Source of the DNA: a virus
DNA: 64,000 nucleotides
Direction: 5' to 3' (one strand)
Virus record (IMG/VR): IMGVR_UViG_3300045988_119718
Coordinates: 64,001-128,000 of that record
This document shows positions 31,533-40,940 of the stretch, one piece after another; within the stretch, counting starts at the first letter, position 1, and each line of letters opens with the position of its first letter. The notes under the pieces are model-generated. The model was not told the DNA's origin, ran no database searches, and was given only the letters and a program-made list of their open reading frames with translations. The position numbers were made by a program, and so were the translations under genes.

Positions 31533-33008
31533 GTGATAACTTTGAGTGAAAACAGCTATCTTATAACTCTTTTACAAAAAGAAAATCAAACTATAATAGC
31601 TTATGAATTGAATGATAAAGGAGAATATACTGGTGTAAGCCATACTGAATCATTCTTTGCTAAAGCTAATTCTAAATGGAAATTTACTGTAATACCCGAT
31701 AAATTTCATGAAGATTATTGGATTCATATTATACAATCTGATCATCAAACAATTATAGTTAGAGATAACGCAAGATTTCATGATTATAGAGCTGGTGTAT
31801 TAGTATCTTATCCAGATGATGATAAGCTTACTGGTATTCAAGCTGGTGATTTAAATAGTGGTATTTATCCAGAAACTAATTATGATGTTGCTGTAGAAGA
31901 ACCACATGATAGATATAAATACTTAGTAGTTAATCAAAATTGTAGAATCTTTGCTACATTAGCTAGAGATTTATACAATAATACTGATTATCATACAGTA
32001 ACTATTAAACAAGTTAAGCATCAAACTATAGTGCTTACTTATAGAAATAAAAAGTACTATTCTGATACTATAGTTGAAAATAATGAAGATTATACTGTAG
32101 AATTAATACCAGACCCTGGATATACTGCTACTTCATTAATTATTAATGGTAAAACTATAAATAGCTTAAAGTATACTGGTAAAGCTGCTGAAGATCTAAC
32201 TATAACAGCAGTACAATCACAAGCAGGTACAGATTCTAACTATTTAGAATTTATATTTAAAGAATTTGATTCTAGAATAGAAAGATTTAGTAATAGTGAT
32301 GGGAAATTATTAGTAGGTACTCTACAAGAGGTTACAACCATTATTAACCCAGATAAAAACATATGTGAAATTACTATTATACAGTCTGCTAATCAGACCA
32401 TCCATGTATATATACCATACAAAGGCGGTACTGACCACACATCTTCCTTTACTTGTCCGTTAGGTACAACCTATGAAGTAGAGGTTATAGCTGATAAGGG
32501 ATATATAGCTGGTACACCGAATACCAAGGTAGGAACAATTAATAGCAATATGTCTATTGATGCTAGCCCTGCTGTAAAGCCTCAAATATATATAGCTAAA
32601 GGTAGTAGTGGTGGATGGTATAATAAAGTAAACGAAACAATGGAGTGGAAGGATAAATCTCATGTAATTAAAGTAGATGAATCTATACCAGGACAAGCTA
32701 CAGTTATCTGTGATGGTAATATAACTAATATGAAGTATATGTTCTATGCATGTAACAACCTCACTTCAATAGACTTATCTAACTTTGATACATCTAATGT
32801 AACTAACATGGGCATGATGTTCTTTGGCTGTGATAATCTTACTACTATTAAAGGTGTATTCGATATGAAGTCTTGCACAAATTATGCCGGTATGTTTGCG
32901 ACATGTACTAAACTTACTAATGCTAAGATTAAAAATCCGCCAAAGGATACTGATTGGTGGAAAAATGCTGGATTTAACTCTACATCTCAGTTCACTATAG
33001 TATCATAA
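31533..33008 (+). CDS. Ig-like module protein with C-terminal DUF285 (BspA-like) domain (491 aa; the true start may be TTG at 31542)
   Basis: GY-x-A[GT] modules DPGYTATSL and DKGYIAGTP. C-terminal KGSSGGWY...VDESIPGQATVICDGNITNMKYMFYACNNLTSIDLSNFDTSNVTNMGMMF is paralogous to the 26777 gene. Confidence 0.65.
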   Translation: MITLSENSYLITLLQKENQTIIAYELNDKGEYTGVSHTESFFAKANSKWKFTVIPDKFHEDYWIHIIQSDHQTIIVRDNARFHDYRAGVLVSYPDDDKLTGIQAGDLNSGIYPETNYDVAVEEPHDRYKYLVVNQNCRIFATLARDLYNNTDYHTVTIKQVKHQTIVLTYRNKKYYSDTIVENNEDYTVELIPDPGYTATSLIINGKTINSLKYTGKAAEDLTITAVQSQAGTDSNYLEFIFKEFDSRIERFSNSDGKLLVGTLQEVTTIINPDKNICEITIIQSANQTIHVYIPYKGGTDHTSSFTCPLGTTYEVEVIADKGYIAGTPNTKVGTINSNMSIDASPAVKPQIYIAKGSSGGWYNKVNETMEWKDKSHVIKVDESIPGQATVICDGNITNMKYMFYACNNLTSIDLSNFDTSNVTNMGMMFFGCDNLTTIKGVFDMKSCTNYAGMFATCTKLTNAKIKNPPKDTDWWKNAGFNSTSQFTIVS

Positions 33009-33040
33009 GTATAGATTTTTTTTAAAAGGATTTATAAATT

Positions 33041-33838
33041 ATGGCAACAGTAAATATTAAACAACCAAAGAATGCAACTATCCACGTATATACCCCTCAG
33101 AAAAATGGAGGGGTAGATCATACCTCTACTTTTACAGTAGATGAAAATACTGCATATGAAGCAGAGGTTATTGGTGATAGTGGATACTTACCTGGGGATT
33201 TAGGCGTAGGTATTGAAAGAGAAGTTGCTTCTAAAGATTTAAAATATATTTATCTATATAAAAAAAATAAAATTAAAACTACTCCATTATTATTTGGGCA
33301 TAATGATAATTTATTTGTATCTTCATTATATGACCCGAGTAATATAATTTATAGTGGTAACACTAATAACCCAAAGCTTACCAATAATAAATTTATACAA
33401 CCTGAGATATTGAAGTATTATGGGTTTGATTATTTATTTGGATACTTTGACGAATTAGAGGGAAGTTCTATTAGTAGTGCAACTGTTCCTGTTAAAAACT
33501 CTAATTATAGGCTAACTATAAGATTATTAGGGTTTAATCTATTTAAAATGAGTAAGAATTCTAATAAGAAAACTGGTAGATGGGTTATAGGATTTAATAA
33601 AATCGATAATCTGACTATTAATTCTATAACTATGCGTATAGCTGATAGTAATGGTAATGAAATAGCTGTAATTAAAGATTTTAGATATTTAAATGCTATT
33701 CCTGGGGATACCAATAATAGTAATAGAGTACAGATATATTGCACTAGCTCATCGATAAATAATGAATTAGACCCAACCTATTTATACTTATTAGCTAATA
33801 AATCTAATATAGTTAAAGTAGGGTTAGTAGTAGAATAA
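33041..33838 (+). CDS. Ig-like module protein (265 aa)
   Basis: N-terminal module MATVNIKQPKNATIHVYTPQKNGGVDHTSTF...GDSGYLPGDLG is near-identical to the C-terminus of the ORF at 55386-56750. Confidence 0.55.
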   Translation: MATVNIKQPKNATIHVYTPQKNGGVDHTSTFTVDENTAYEAEVIGDSGYLPGDLGVGIEREVASKDLKYIYLYKKNKIKTTPLLFGHNDNLFVSSLYDPSNIIYSGNTNNPKLTNNKFIQPEILKYYGFDYLFGYFDELEGSSISSATVPVKNSNYRLTIRLLGFNLFKMSKNSNKKTGRWVIGFNKIDNLTINSITMRIADSNGNEIAVIKDFRYLNAIPGDTNNSNRVQIYCTSSSINNELDPTYLYLLANKSNIVKVGLVVE

Positions 33839-33849
33839 AGGAGGATTAA

Positions 33850-35838
33850 ATGGCTAAAAAAGATCTATATTATAATAATAATGAATCTACTAAACAAATT
33901 ATAACAGAAGTAGAATTAGATAACCATAATACTTCTGATAATGCTCATAAAGAAAAATTTGATAAATATACATTACATACTCCTACTGGAATATGGGATG
34001 CAGTATATCAATTAGGCCCAAATTATAGATTTACTGATCAATCTACTAAAGGATTTGCTAAGTTAGGATTATTTGCATCAGTATATGATACTAAAGACGT
34101 ATTTGAATATCAACCTTCTCAGTTTGGCACTTTATTAAATTTACCTACTACTATAAAAGATAGTAATTTTATTACAGTTACCCAGTTATGGTTTGACCAA
34201 TCTGGGGATTTATTTATTAGAACTGGTACTGTAAATAATCCTATTAATAAACTTCAATTTACTAAAGTAACTTTAATGACTGATGTATTTAATAAATATG
34301 GCAATGAATTCCCAGCTACTAATTTAGTTCCTGGTATGTTATTTTATAGGGCTGATGAAAATAAATTATATGTATATGTGCCTAGTGATAGTAACTCTAA
34401 CTGGAAGATGATTTATGATTTAAATAAAGATGCTAATATAGCAGATGGCTTGTCTCATGCTTGGTATAAATTAGACAATTCTACTAATGATACCAGTATA
34501 CCTAAACTAGCAGAGTCTGAAAACATGAATACGTATATTAAACCTGGTGTATACTCATGCATTTCTGGGCAGATAGCAGGTACTTTAGTAAATAAACCAT
34601 CTGGGGCAAATAGTAACTTTAGATTAATTGTAGAAGAAAATACTCCTGGATATGGAGTACAAAAAGTATTTACTAATAATCCTTGTAAAATTTTTATAAG
34701 AGGCTTTAATACTACTAATAATAAAACTACATTTACAGATTGGAAAACTTTAGTAAATAGCACAGATACAATTTTAAATGCAGAAACAGCAACTAGAGAT
34801 AGTGCTGGTAATGTAATAAAAGATACTTATGTTAAGAAATCTGGAGATATCATGACTGGTGGTATTATCTTTAGTAAATCTGCCACTGGTAATAACTATG
34901 TAGGCCCTGGTGAAGGGGATGTAAGTGATGCTGTAGTTGCTAATCAATCTAATTTAGCAATTAATGGATGGCAGACAGTTGGTGTTAGAAAATCTAGCAG
35001 TGACCCATATACAATTAGTATGAATACTAGAACTGGTGATATCCATACTAAAGGTAGCATCAAAGGAGATAGCACCGCTACATTTACTGGTGCTGTAACT
35101 GCACCTACATTTAATGGTCATGCATCTGAAGCTAGTAAAGTATTAGCAACCAATATTTCTCAAGATACAGTATTGATGGAATCTATCCAAACTGATGGGG
35201 ATGGCTCCAGAATTGTCATAACAGGCGTTGGAGACCATCATGATGGTTGTCATTTAAAATTTCAATTAAACAACTCCGATCCTGGTAATATTGGTAGTCA
35301 AGCAAGCTTCTACCTTGAGCAGTACCATGATAATTATCATACATTAGAAAGTAGGGCTACTCTATTAGATTATGCACATAATACGTCTTTCCCAGGGGTA
35401 TTAACCGCAGCTAGAGTAGTAAATGCTCAGTATAATGACTATGCAGAATTCTTTGAACGTGGCGAAGAAACTGAAGCTGGAGATATTATAGCTTTAGATT
35501 TATCATCTGATGAAGAAAGATATGTTAAAGCTACTCCAAAGAATAGAGTTATAGTAGGAATTCACTCTGATGAATATGCCCATATCATTGGTGGTGAAAA
35601 AGATAAAACCTTAGAAGAGAACTTAAAGAATTTCATTCCTGTTGCATTAGCAGGTCGTGTACATGTTAAAGTATCTGGTGTAGTATATAAAGGGGATAGA
35701 ATTGTTATTAGTAATGGTATGCCTGGTATTGGTATAGCTCTTACTAATAATTCTACTTCTAATAAACAAGTAATTGGTATAGCATTAGAGAATAAATATA
35801 ATCTTGGTATAGGTAAGATTAGATTATTGCTGAAGTGA
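33850..35838 (+). CDS. tail fibre protein (662 aa)
   Basis: RBS AAGGAGGA. The C-terminal ~110 aa (VVNAQYNDYAEFFERGEETEAGDIIALDL...HSDEYAHIIGG...IPVALAGRVHVKV) is shared with ORF 61345-62418. Confidence 0.6.
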   Translation: MAKKDLYYNNNESTKQIITEVELDNHNTSDNAHKEKFDKYTLHTPTGIWDAVYQLGPNYRFTDQSTKGFAKLGLFASVYDTKDVFEYQPSQFGTLLNLPTTIKDSNFITVTQLWFDQSGDLFIRTGTVNNPINKLQFTKVTLMTDVFNKYGNEFPATNLVPGMLFYRADENKLYVYVPSDSNSNWKMIYDLNKDANIADGLSHAWYKLDNSTNDTSIPKLAESENMNTYIKPGVYSCISGQIAGTLVNKPSGANSNFRLIVEENTPGYGVQKVFTNNPCKIFIRGFNTTNNKTTFTDWKTLVNSTDTILNAETATRDSAGNVIKDTYVKKSGDIMTGGIIFSKSATGNNYVGPGEGDVSDAVVANQSNLAINGWQTVGVRKSSSDPYTISMNTRTGDIHTKGSIKGDSTATFTGAVTAPTFNGHASEASKVLATNISQDTVLMESIQTDGDGSRIVITGVGDHHDGCHLKFQLNNSDPGNIGSQASFYLEQYHDNYHTLESRATLLDYAHNTSFPGVLTAARVVNAQYNDYAEFFERGEETEAGDIIALDLSSDEERYVKATPKNRVIVGIHSDEYAHIIGGEKDKTLEENLKNFIPVALAGRVHVKVSGVVYKGDRIVISNGMPGIGIALTNNSTSNKQVIGIALENKYNLGIGKIRLLLK

Positions 35839-35839
35839 G

Positions 35840-37228
35840 GTGAAACTAATAATGGCTGATGATAATATTAAAAGTACTGTAATAAGAAAAGCAAGAGTAT
35901 CATTTGTTAAAGATAATACCCAGAATATTATCCATTATGAAACCGATGCTGATTGTGTTAAAAATCTTAATACGGCTATAGTAAACGGTGTAACTAATGT
36001 ATTTAATAATGATGATACTATTAGAGATATTATTACTAATATAGCTTTAGGTGGTGCTGATTTAAAATCTTATGCTAAATTAGATTCACCTAGTTTTATA
36101 GGAGAACCTAAAGCTCCTACTCCTATTACTTCTGATAACTCTCTTAAAATAGCAAATACAAAATTTGTAAATAATAAGATAGCAGAAATACGTGGTAATA
36201 CTATTGACAGAAACGATTTAAATAATTATGTAAATAAAACTGGTAATGATACTATTACTGGGTTAAAAACTTTTAATACAGATATTAATACTTCTGATAC
36301 TAGTACTATATACTGGAAAACTGGTAATACTACGGTAGCTAGTATAAATAAGACAAATTACACTGGCACAGCTGATAAAGCAGTTAAAGATCAAAATGGA
36401 AATATCATTAATTCTACATATGCTACTAAGGCTGAATTAAATAATAAACAAAATACTTTAACTTTTGATACTACTCCTAAAGCTGGGAGTACTAATCCAG
36501 TAACTAGTGGTGGTATATATAATGCTATTAAAGCATCTGGCAGTATAAGCGGTGATAGTTTAGCTGTAGTAGCTAAAACTGGTAGTTATACAGACTTAAT
36601 TAATACTCCGAGTTTAGCTACAGATTCTACATTAGGATTTACTAAGTTATATAGTTCTTCTGGTTCTAGAAGTGATGGTACTATTACACAAGCTGGTATT
36701 ACTGAGCTTTTGTCATATAAATTAGATAGAGAAAACTTATCTCCTATAGCGTTAAGTGGTGAATGGTCAGATATTTACAATGTACCTGTAGCTAGTGATA
36801 CTACCCAAGGTATTACTAAGCTCTATTCTACAACAGGTACAAACACTGACGGTGCCATATCTCAATACGGTATAAATAATATATTAGCTAATTATGCTAA
36901 GCTAACTGATATTACAGCTGCATATAGATATAAAGGAACTGTAGATAATTATAGTAATTTACCAACTGCACATAAAATAGGTGATGTATATAATATCAAA
37001 AATGCAGATGCTGCTAATAATATTAAAGCTGGGGATAATGTAGTATGGAATGGTACTGAATGGGATAATTTATCTGGTGTTGTAGATTTATCTGCATACT
37101 GTACTAAAGCTGAGTTAGATAAAAAAGCTAACATAGAATCTCCTACATTTACTGGTACTGCAACTGCAAGTAATCTTACAGTTACTAACTCTCTTAATAT
37201 TCCAGGTGGCAAAATCTGGATAGAATGA
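35840..37228 (+). CDS. tail fibre protein (462 aa)
   Basis: Fibre repeat AKTGSYTDLINTPS. The C-terminal tip ...LNIPGGKIWIE is shared with ORF 59220-60506. Terminator at 37241-37279. Confidence 0.6.
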   Translation: MKLIMADDNIKSTVIRKARVSFVKDNTQNIIHYETDADCVKNLNTAIVNGVTNVFNNDDTIRDIITNIALGGADLKSYAKLDSPSFIGEPKAPTPITSDNSLKIANTKFVNNKIAEIRGNTIDRNDLNNYVNKTGNDTITGLKTFNTDINTSDTSTIYWKTGNTTVASINKTNYTGTADKAVKDQNGNIINSTYATKAELNNKQNTLTFDTTPKAGSTNPVTSGGIYNAIKASGSISGDSLAVVAKTGSYTDLINTPSLATDSTLGFTKLYSSSGSRSDGTITQAGITELLSYKLDRENLSPIALSGEWSDIYNVPVASDTTQGITKLYSTTGTNTDGAISQYGINNILANYAKLTDITAAYRYKGTVDNYSNLPTAHKIGDVYNIKNADAANNIKAGDNVVWNGTEWDNLSGVVDLSAYCTKAELDKKANIESPTFTGTATASNLTVTNSLNIPGGKIWIE

Positions 37229-37240
37229 TAAAAAATAAAA

Positions 37241-37279
37241 TATATTCTAGATAGCTCATATGAGCTATCTAGAATATAT
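37241..37279. terminator. bidirectional stem-loop terminator
   Basis: TATATTCTAGATAGCTCATATGAGCTATCTAGAATATA lies between convergent genes. Confidence 0.6.
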
Positions 37280-37298
37280 AAGTTCAATTAATCGGAAA

Positions 37299-37715
37299 TT
37301 ATTTTTTTACAAGTTTAAATATACCATTTCTATTTTTTAAATTATACTCTTTGCATTTTTGTGCTAGCTCATTAAATTCGTCATCATATACTTGATAATC
37401 TAGTAATATAAGTTCTGCATAAACATTGCCTAGTGTCCATGTCGCACGCCTGTTTCTAAACTGTTTCATTATCCATCTTTGCTTGTCTTTAGACTCATTC
37501 ATTCCAAAAGCATTTCTCATTCTTTCATAAAAAGATGGAAATTCTTCTACTTCTTTCTTTGACATATGATAAGCTATAGACAAATTATAATGTCTAGGCT
37601 CAATATGCCGGTCAAGTAAACGTATATAAACCTTGATGTCATTATATTCTCTTTCGGTCATTAATAATTCAAAAACATAATGCTCTTTATCATATGACTC
37701 ATCTTTAATTATCAT
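37299..37715 (-). CDS. hypothetical protein (138 aa)
   Basis: ORF. Confidence 0.45.
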   Translation of the reverse strand: MIIKDESYDKEHYVFELLMTEREYNDIKVYIRLLDRHIEPRHYNLSIAYHMSKKEVEEFPSFYERMRNAFGMNESKDKQRWIMKQFRNRRATWTLGNVYAELILLDYQVYDDEFNELAQKCKEYNLKNRNGIFKLVKK

Positions 37716-37762
37716 AGCATACCTTCCCTATAACTTAGTAAGTTTTAGCTTGCTTAATTAGT

Positions 37763-38311
37763 TTAATCGTATTCTCGCGATAGATCTAATCTTTTAAGAT
37801 CAATACAATAAATCTGATTTTTATCTACACTTTTATCTAAAAAATAGTATAAAGATTTATTATCAATATTTAATTGAAACTCATTATTATTTTGTAATTC
37901 ACTCATCAGTTTATCCTTATCAATATATTCACTTATATTTTTGAAGCATTTAGATGATACAATATAATCAACTAGATCTCCCCAATTTTTAAAATTGCTT
38001 TCATAAATTATATTATTATTAGTATTTATATTTAAAACACCAATTATGCTTTCACAGTTATATTTGTTTACTAGTTCTTTATGGATAAAATAAAAATCTG
38101 ATAATACAAATAATCTGATGGCATCAAAACTGTTCATACACTCTAATCGCTTAATTAACTCAAAAAAGCATTCATAATTATTACTATATACAAACGATTC
38201 TATATTGCATTTTATAGTTTTATCTTTATCCTCATTAGTAATATATAGAGTATTTGGTAAACCTACATCATAATCGCCTGTTTTGATATGCAACCCATTC
38301 ATAAAATGCAA
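37763..38311 (-). CDS. hypothetical protein (182 aa; TTG start, or ATG a few codons downstream)
   Basis: ORF. Confidence 0.45.
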   Translation of the reverse strand: MHFMNGLHIKTGDYDVGLPNTLYITNEDKDKTIKCNIESFVYSNNYECFFELIKRLECMNSFDAIRLFVLSDFYFIHKELVNKYNCESIIGVLNINTNNNIIYESNFKNWGDLVDYIVSSKCFKNISEYIDKDKLMSELQNNNEFQLNIDNKSLYYFLDKSVDKNQIYCIDLKRLDLSREYD

Positions 38312-38319
38312 ATCAATAT

Positions 38320-38418
38320 TTATGATGTTATTTTTGCCTTCATCGGTATTAACTTGAGATTTTTAGCAAAAACCTTAGCTGCGATTTCCCAATGTCCTTC
38401 TTGAAAAGTAGGAATCAT
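38320..38418 (-). CDS. small protein (32 aa) MIPTFQEGHWEIAAKVFAKNLKLIPMKAKITS
   Basis: Strong RBS AAGGAGGG 8 nt upstream of the ATG at 38418. Confidence 0.35.
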   Translation of the reverse strand: MIPTFQEGHWEIAAKVFAKNLKLIPMKAKITS

Positions 38419-38510
38419 TATAAACCCTCCTTTATAAAATAATAATATATATGAATAGCAATATTGCTATTCATATATATTATATGCAAATGAAAAAATA
38501 TTTTAAGAAA

Positions 38511-38960
38511 CTATTCTACAATGTACCAATCCTTAGACAACAAATCTGCTTGAGATGCTAACCATCCTAACTGTACTCCAGAAGTACCTACAAAAGCAAT
38601 TACTTTATTACCAGAAGTATCATGCTTAGCATTAATAAGATTACCATTACCATCGATATAGCTTGCATTATGTACTAATTCAATATACTGATTCTTGCCG
38701 TTCCATGCTTTTCTAGCACAACGTTCACCTACTTCAAGAGCAGTAATTGCTTCTCCAATACTCATACCAGTAGTTTTATCTTTTAAAGGAGTATAAAGTT
38801 CTTTAAAAATATCTGGCTTACATGGATACTGTTCTCCTTTAATACCTGTAATAATATAATCCCCTACACTAGCTTTCATATCTCCTTCTAATGTATGAAT
38901 AATCTTTTCTTCAAAAGTCTGATATGCTTCAATAATAAATGGTTTCTTTTGATATTTCAT
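38511..38960 (-). CDS. DUF2829-domain protein (Tad2-like?) with N-terminal extension
   Basis: GMSIGEAITALEVGERCARKAWNGKNQYIEL ... WLASQADLLSKDWYIVE fits the DUF2829 consensus (tFgeAleaLkqGkkvaRkgWngkg ... W.psq.DlLaeDWeiv). Confidence 0.55.
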   Translation of the reverse strand: MKYQKKPFIIEAYQTFEEKIIHTLEGDMKASVGDYIITGIKGEQYPCKPDIFKELYTPLKDKTTGMSIGEAITALEVGERCARKAWNGKNQYIELVHNASYIDGNGNLINAKHDTSGNKVIAFVGTSGVQLGWLASQADLLSKDWYIVE

Positions 38961-38962
38961 GA

Positions 38963-40060
38963 TTAAACTCCTTTTGATACAATATCTTTCATAATCTTAT
39001 ATACTGTATTAGTAATTCTCTTAGTGCATTTATCACTCCTTTCAGATAATGTAGGAATATTTGAAATCATATACAAATTCATATTGATGAAATATGGTTC
39101 TACTACATCACCTGTAGATAAATCCATTGTATTAGAAGCTAAAGATAATAATACTACGATAGATCTAGAAAATCTATGGTCTTTATCATTCTTAATAATC
39201 CATTCAAATATATCTTTATCTTCAGGCTTATTCTTAGCCAATAAACCAATAATTAAAGAAGTATACAATGGAATATTATCACAATTTGTAGTTTTAGATT
39301 CTTTATCTGCAACGTCTTGTTTTAAATGATGCCTAATAAGCATATTAACTCTAGATACATGTCTCTTATATCTCTTATCAGAACATTCTTTAATAAGTTT
39401 ACTAAGAGTTATCTTTTTGACTTGTTCAATGAGAGATTCTAAAGTTAAAGCTCTCTTATAAGCTTCTCTACCAATAGAATATTCATTCTTTTCTTTTTCT
39501 TCCAAAAATTCCAAGTCTTCAGTAATACCAAATAAATCATTGTTATGATTAAACCAAGTTCTAAGAATTTCATCAGTATCTACATCGGTGGAAATATCTT
39601 TTACTTTATTAGCAAATTCCATGTTTTCATACATCATATAGGTACTATAAGCTCTAAATAAGATATAAGACTTAATAGCTTTATTTCTTTCTTTCTTATC
39701 TTTAATATCAGAAATATTAAGTTCTTCAGCAAGTATCTTAGCTAAGAAATCTTTATCAATATAATTTTCTACATCTAACTTATCTTCTTTATCATATTCT
39801 AGTTCTCTAGCAATTTTATAAACCTTAATGTCATCTTCGGTAGCTTCTACTTCTTTTAATTGCTCATCACTTAATTCTGGAATAGTAAAGTTTTCAATAT
39901 CTTTTTCAGTTAATGTTTTCTTAATAAGTTCATCAATTTCATCAGCATATTGAATTTTAACATCTTCTATTTCTTTATTACCCGCTTCAATAACATCTTT
40001 AATAGATTTGGTTTTAGTTACTTCTTCTTCCATAATAGTCTCCTTATAACTGTTTATCAA
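38963..40060 (-). CDS. hypothetical acidic protein (365 aa)
   Basis: ORF; rich in E/K/D. Confidence 0.45.
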   Translation of the reverse strand: MINSYKETIMEEEVTKTKSIKDVIEAGNKEIEDVKIQYADEIDELIKKTLTEKDIENFTIPELSDEQLKEVEATEDDIKVYKIARELEYDKEDKLDVENYIDKDFLAKILAEELNISDIKDKKERNKAIKSYILFRAYSTYMMYENMEFANKVKDISTDVDTDEILRTWFNHNNDLFGITEDLEFLEEKEKNEYSIGREAYKRALTLESLIEQVKKITLSKLIKECSDKRYKRHVSRVNMLIRHHLKQDVADKESKTTNCDNIPLYTSLIIGLLAKNKPEDKDIFEWIIKNDKDHRFSRSIVVLLSLASNTMDLSTGDVVEPYFINMNLYMISNIPTLSERSDKCTKRITNTVYKIMKDIVSKGV

Positions 40061-40856
40061 AAATATTAGCTTTATTTATGGTGAAATTCTTTTGTAATTC
40101 CATTTTTACAGAGTTTACTAAGGATGGTGAAATTAAATCATTAGTAAGAATTGGTAGAATTAAAATTCTAAATAAATCAGCGGATGAATCAATATACTGA
40201 AGAAGATAATTCATTCTTACAATTTCATCAGCTGAAGTATAGATATAACTTAATGTAGTTCTAGAATCAAAATCTAACGCTGTAATAAAATCAATACAAG
40301 AATACAATTTAGCACTAATAATGGCTAAAGTATCATTAGAATAATATTGTCTATTATACATAGTAGATATATCTTTAGATTTCTTGTTCTTAATAAGATC
40401 TAATTGATTATAGATAAAATCTTTCTGATTTACAATAAAATTATATAAGAACTTGAATACATATTCATTATAATTAGAAATAAACAAATCAAAGATAATA
40501 GAGGCTAAATATCTTATGTCTACAGAATCTGTATCTTCAATAGTAAACTGAACTCCAGAATTATTAGAAATTCTACTAATAATTTCTAAATAAGTTTTAT
40601 TTCTAGTATAAATAATATTGTCTTTATCAGAAGGAAATTGATCTAATAGTTGTTTGAATGAATACTCTAATTCATCTATAAAATTAGGCTTAGAGATTAA
40701 AGAAAAAGAATTATATCTTTCTCTCATAAGATCATCAACCACATCATAAGTATATGATGAATTAAAATTCGACAGAATAGTAGACAGCTCGCCTTCTGCT
40801 ACTAATGAATATGCTTTATCGACACCATTGACTTCCATAATAAACCTCCATGCCAT
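40044..40856 (-). CDS. hypothetical protein (270 aa)
   Basis: ORF. Confidence 0.45.
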   Translation of the reverse strand: MAWRFIMEVNGVDKAYSLVAEGELSTILSNFNSSYTYDVVDDLMRERYNSFSLISKPNFIDELEYSFKQLLDQFPSDKDNIIYTRNKTYLEIISRISNNSGVQFTIEDTDSVDIRYLASIIFDLFISNYNEYVFKFLYNFIVNQKDFIYNQLDLIKNKKSKDISTMYNRQYYSNDTLAIISAKLYSCIDFITALDFDSRTTLSYIYTSADEIVRMNYLLQYIDSSADLFRILILPILTNDLISPSLVNSVKMELQKNFTINKANIFDKQL

Positions 40857-40940
40857 GTAAAGAAATCCTTCCCATTATAATATAGTAAAATAATGAATTA
40901 AAATGAATATAGAGATACCTCTATATGAGGTATCTCTAAT

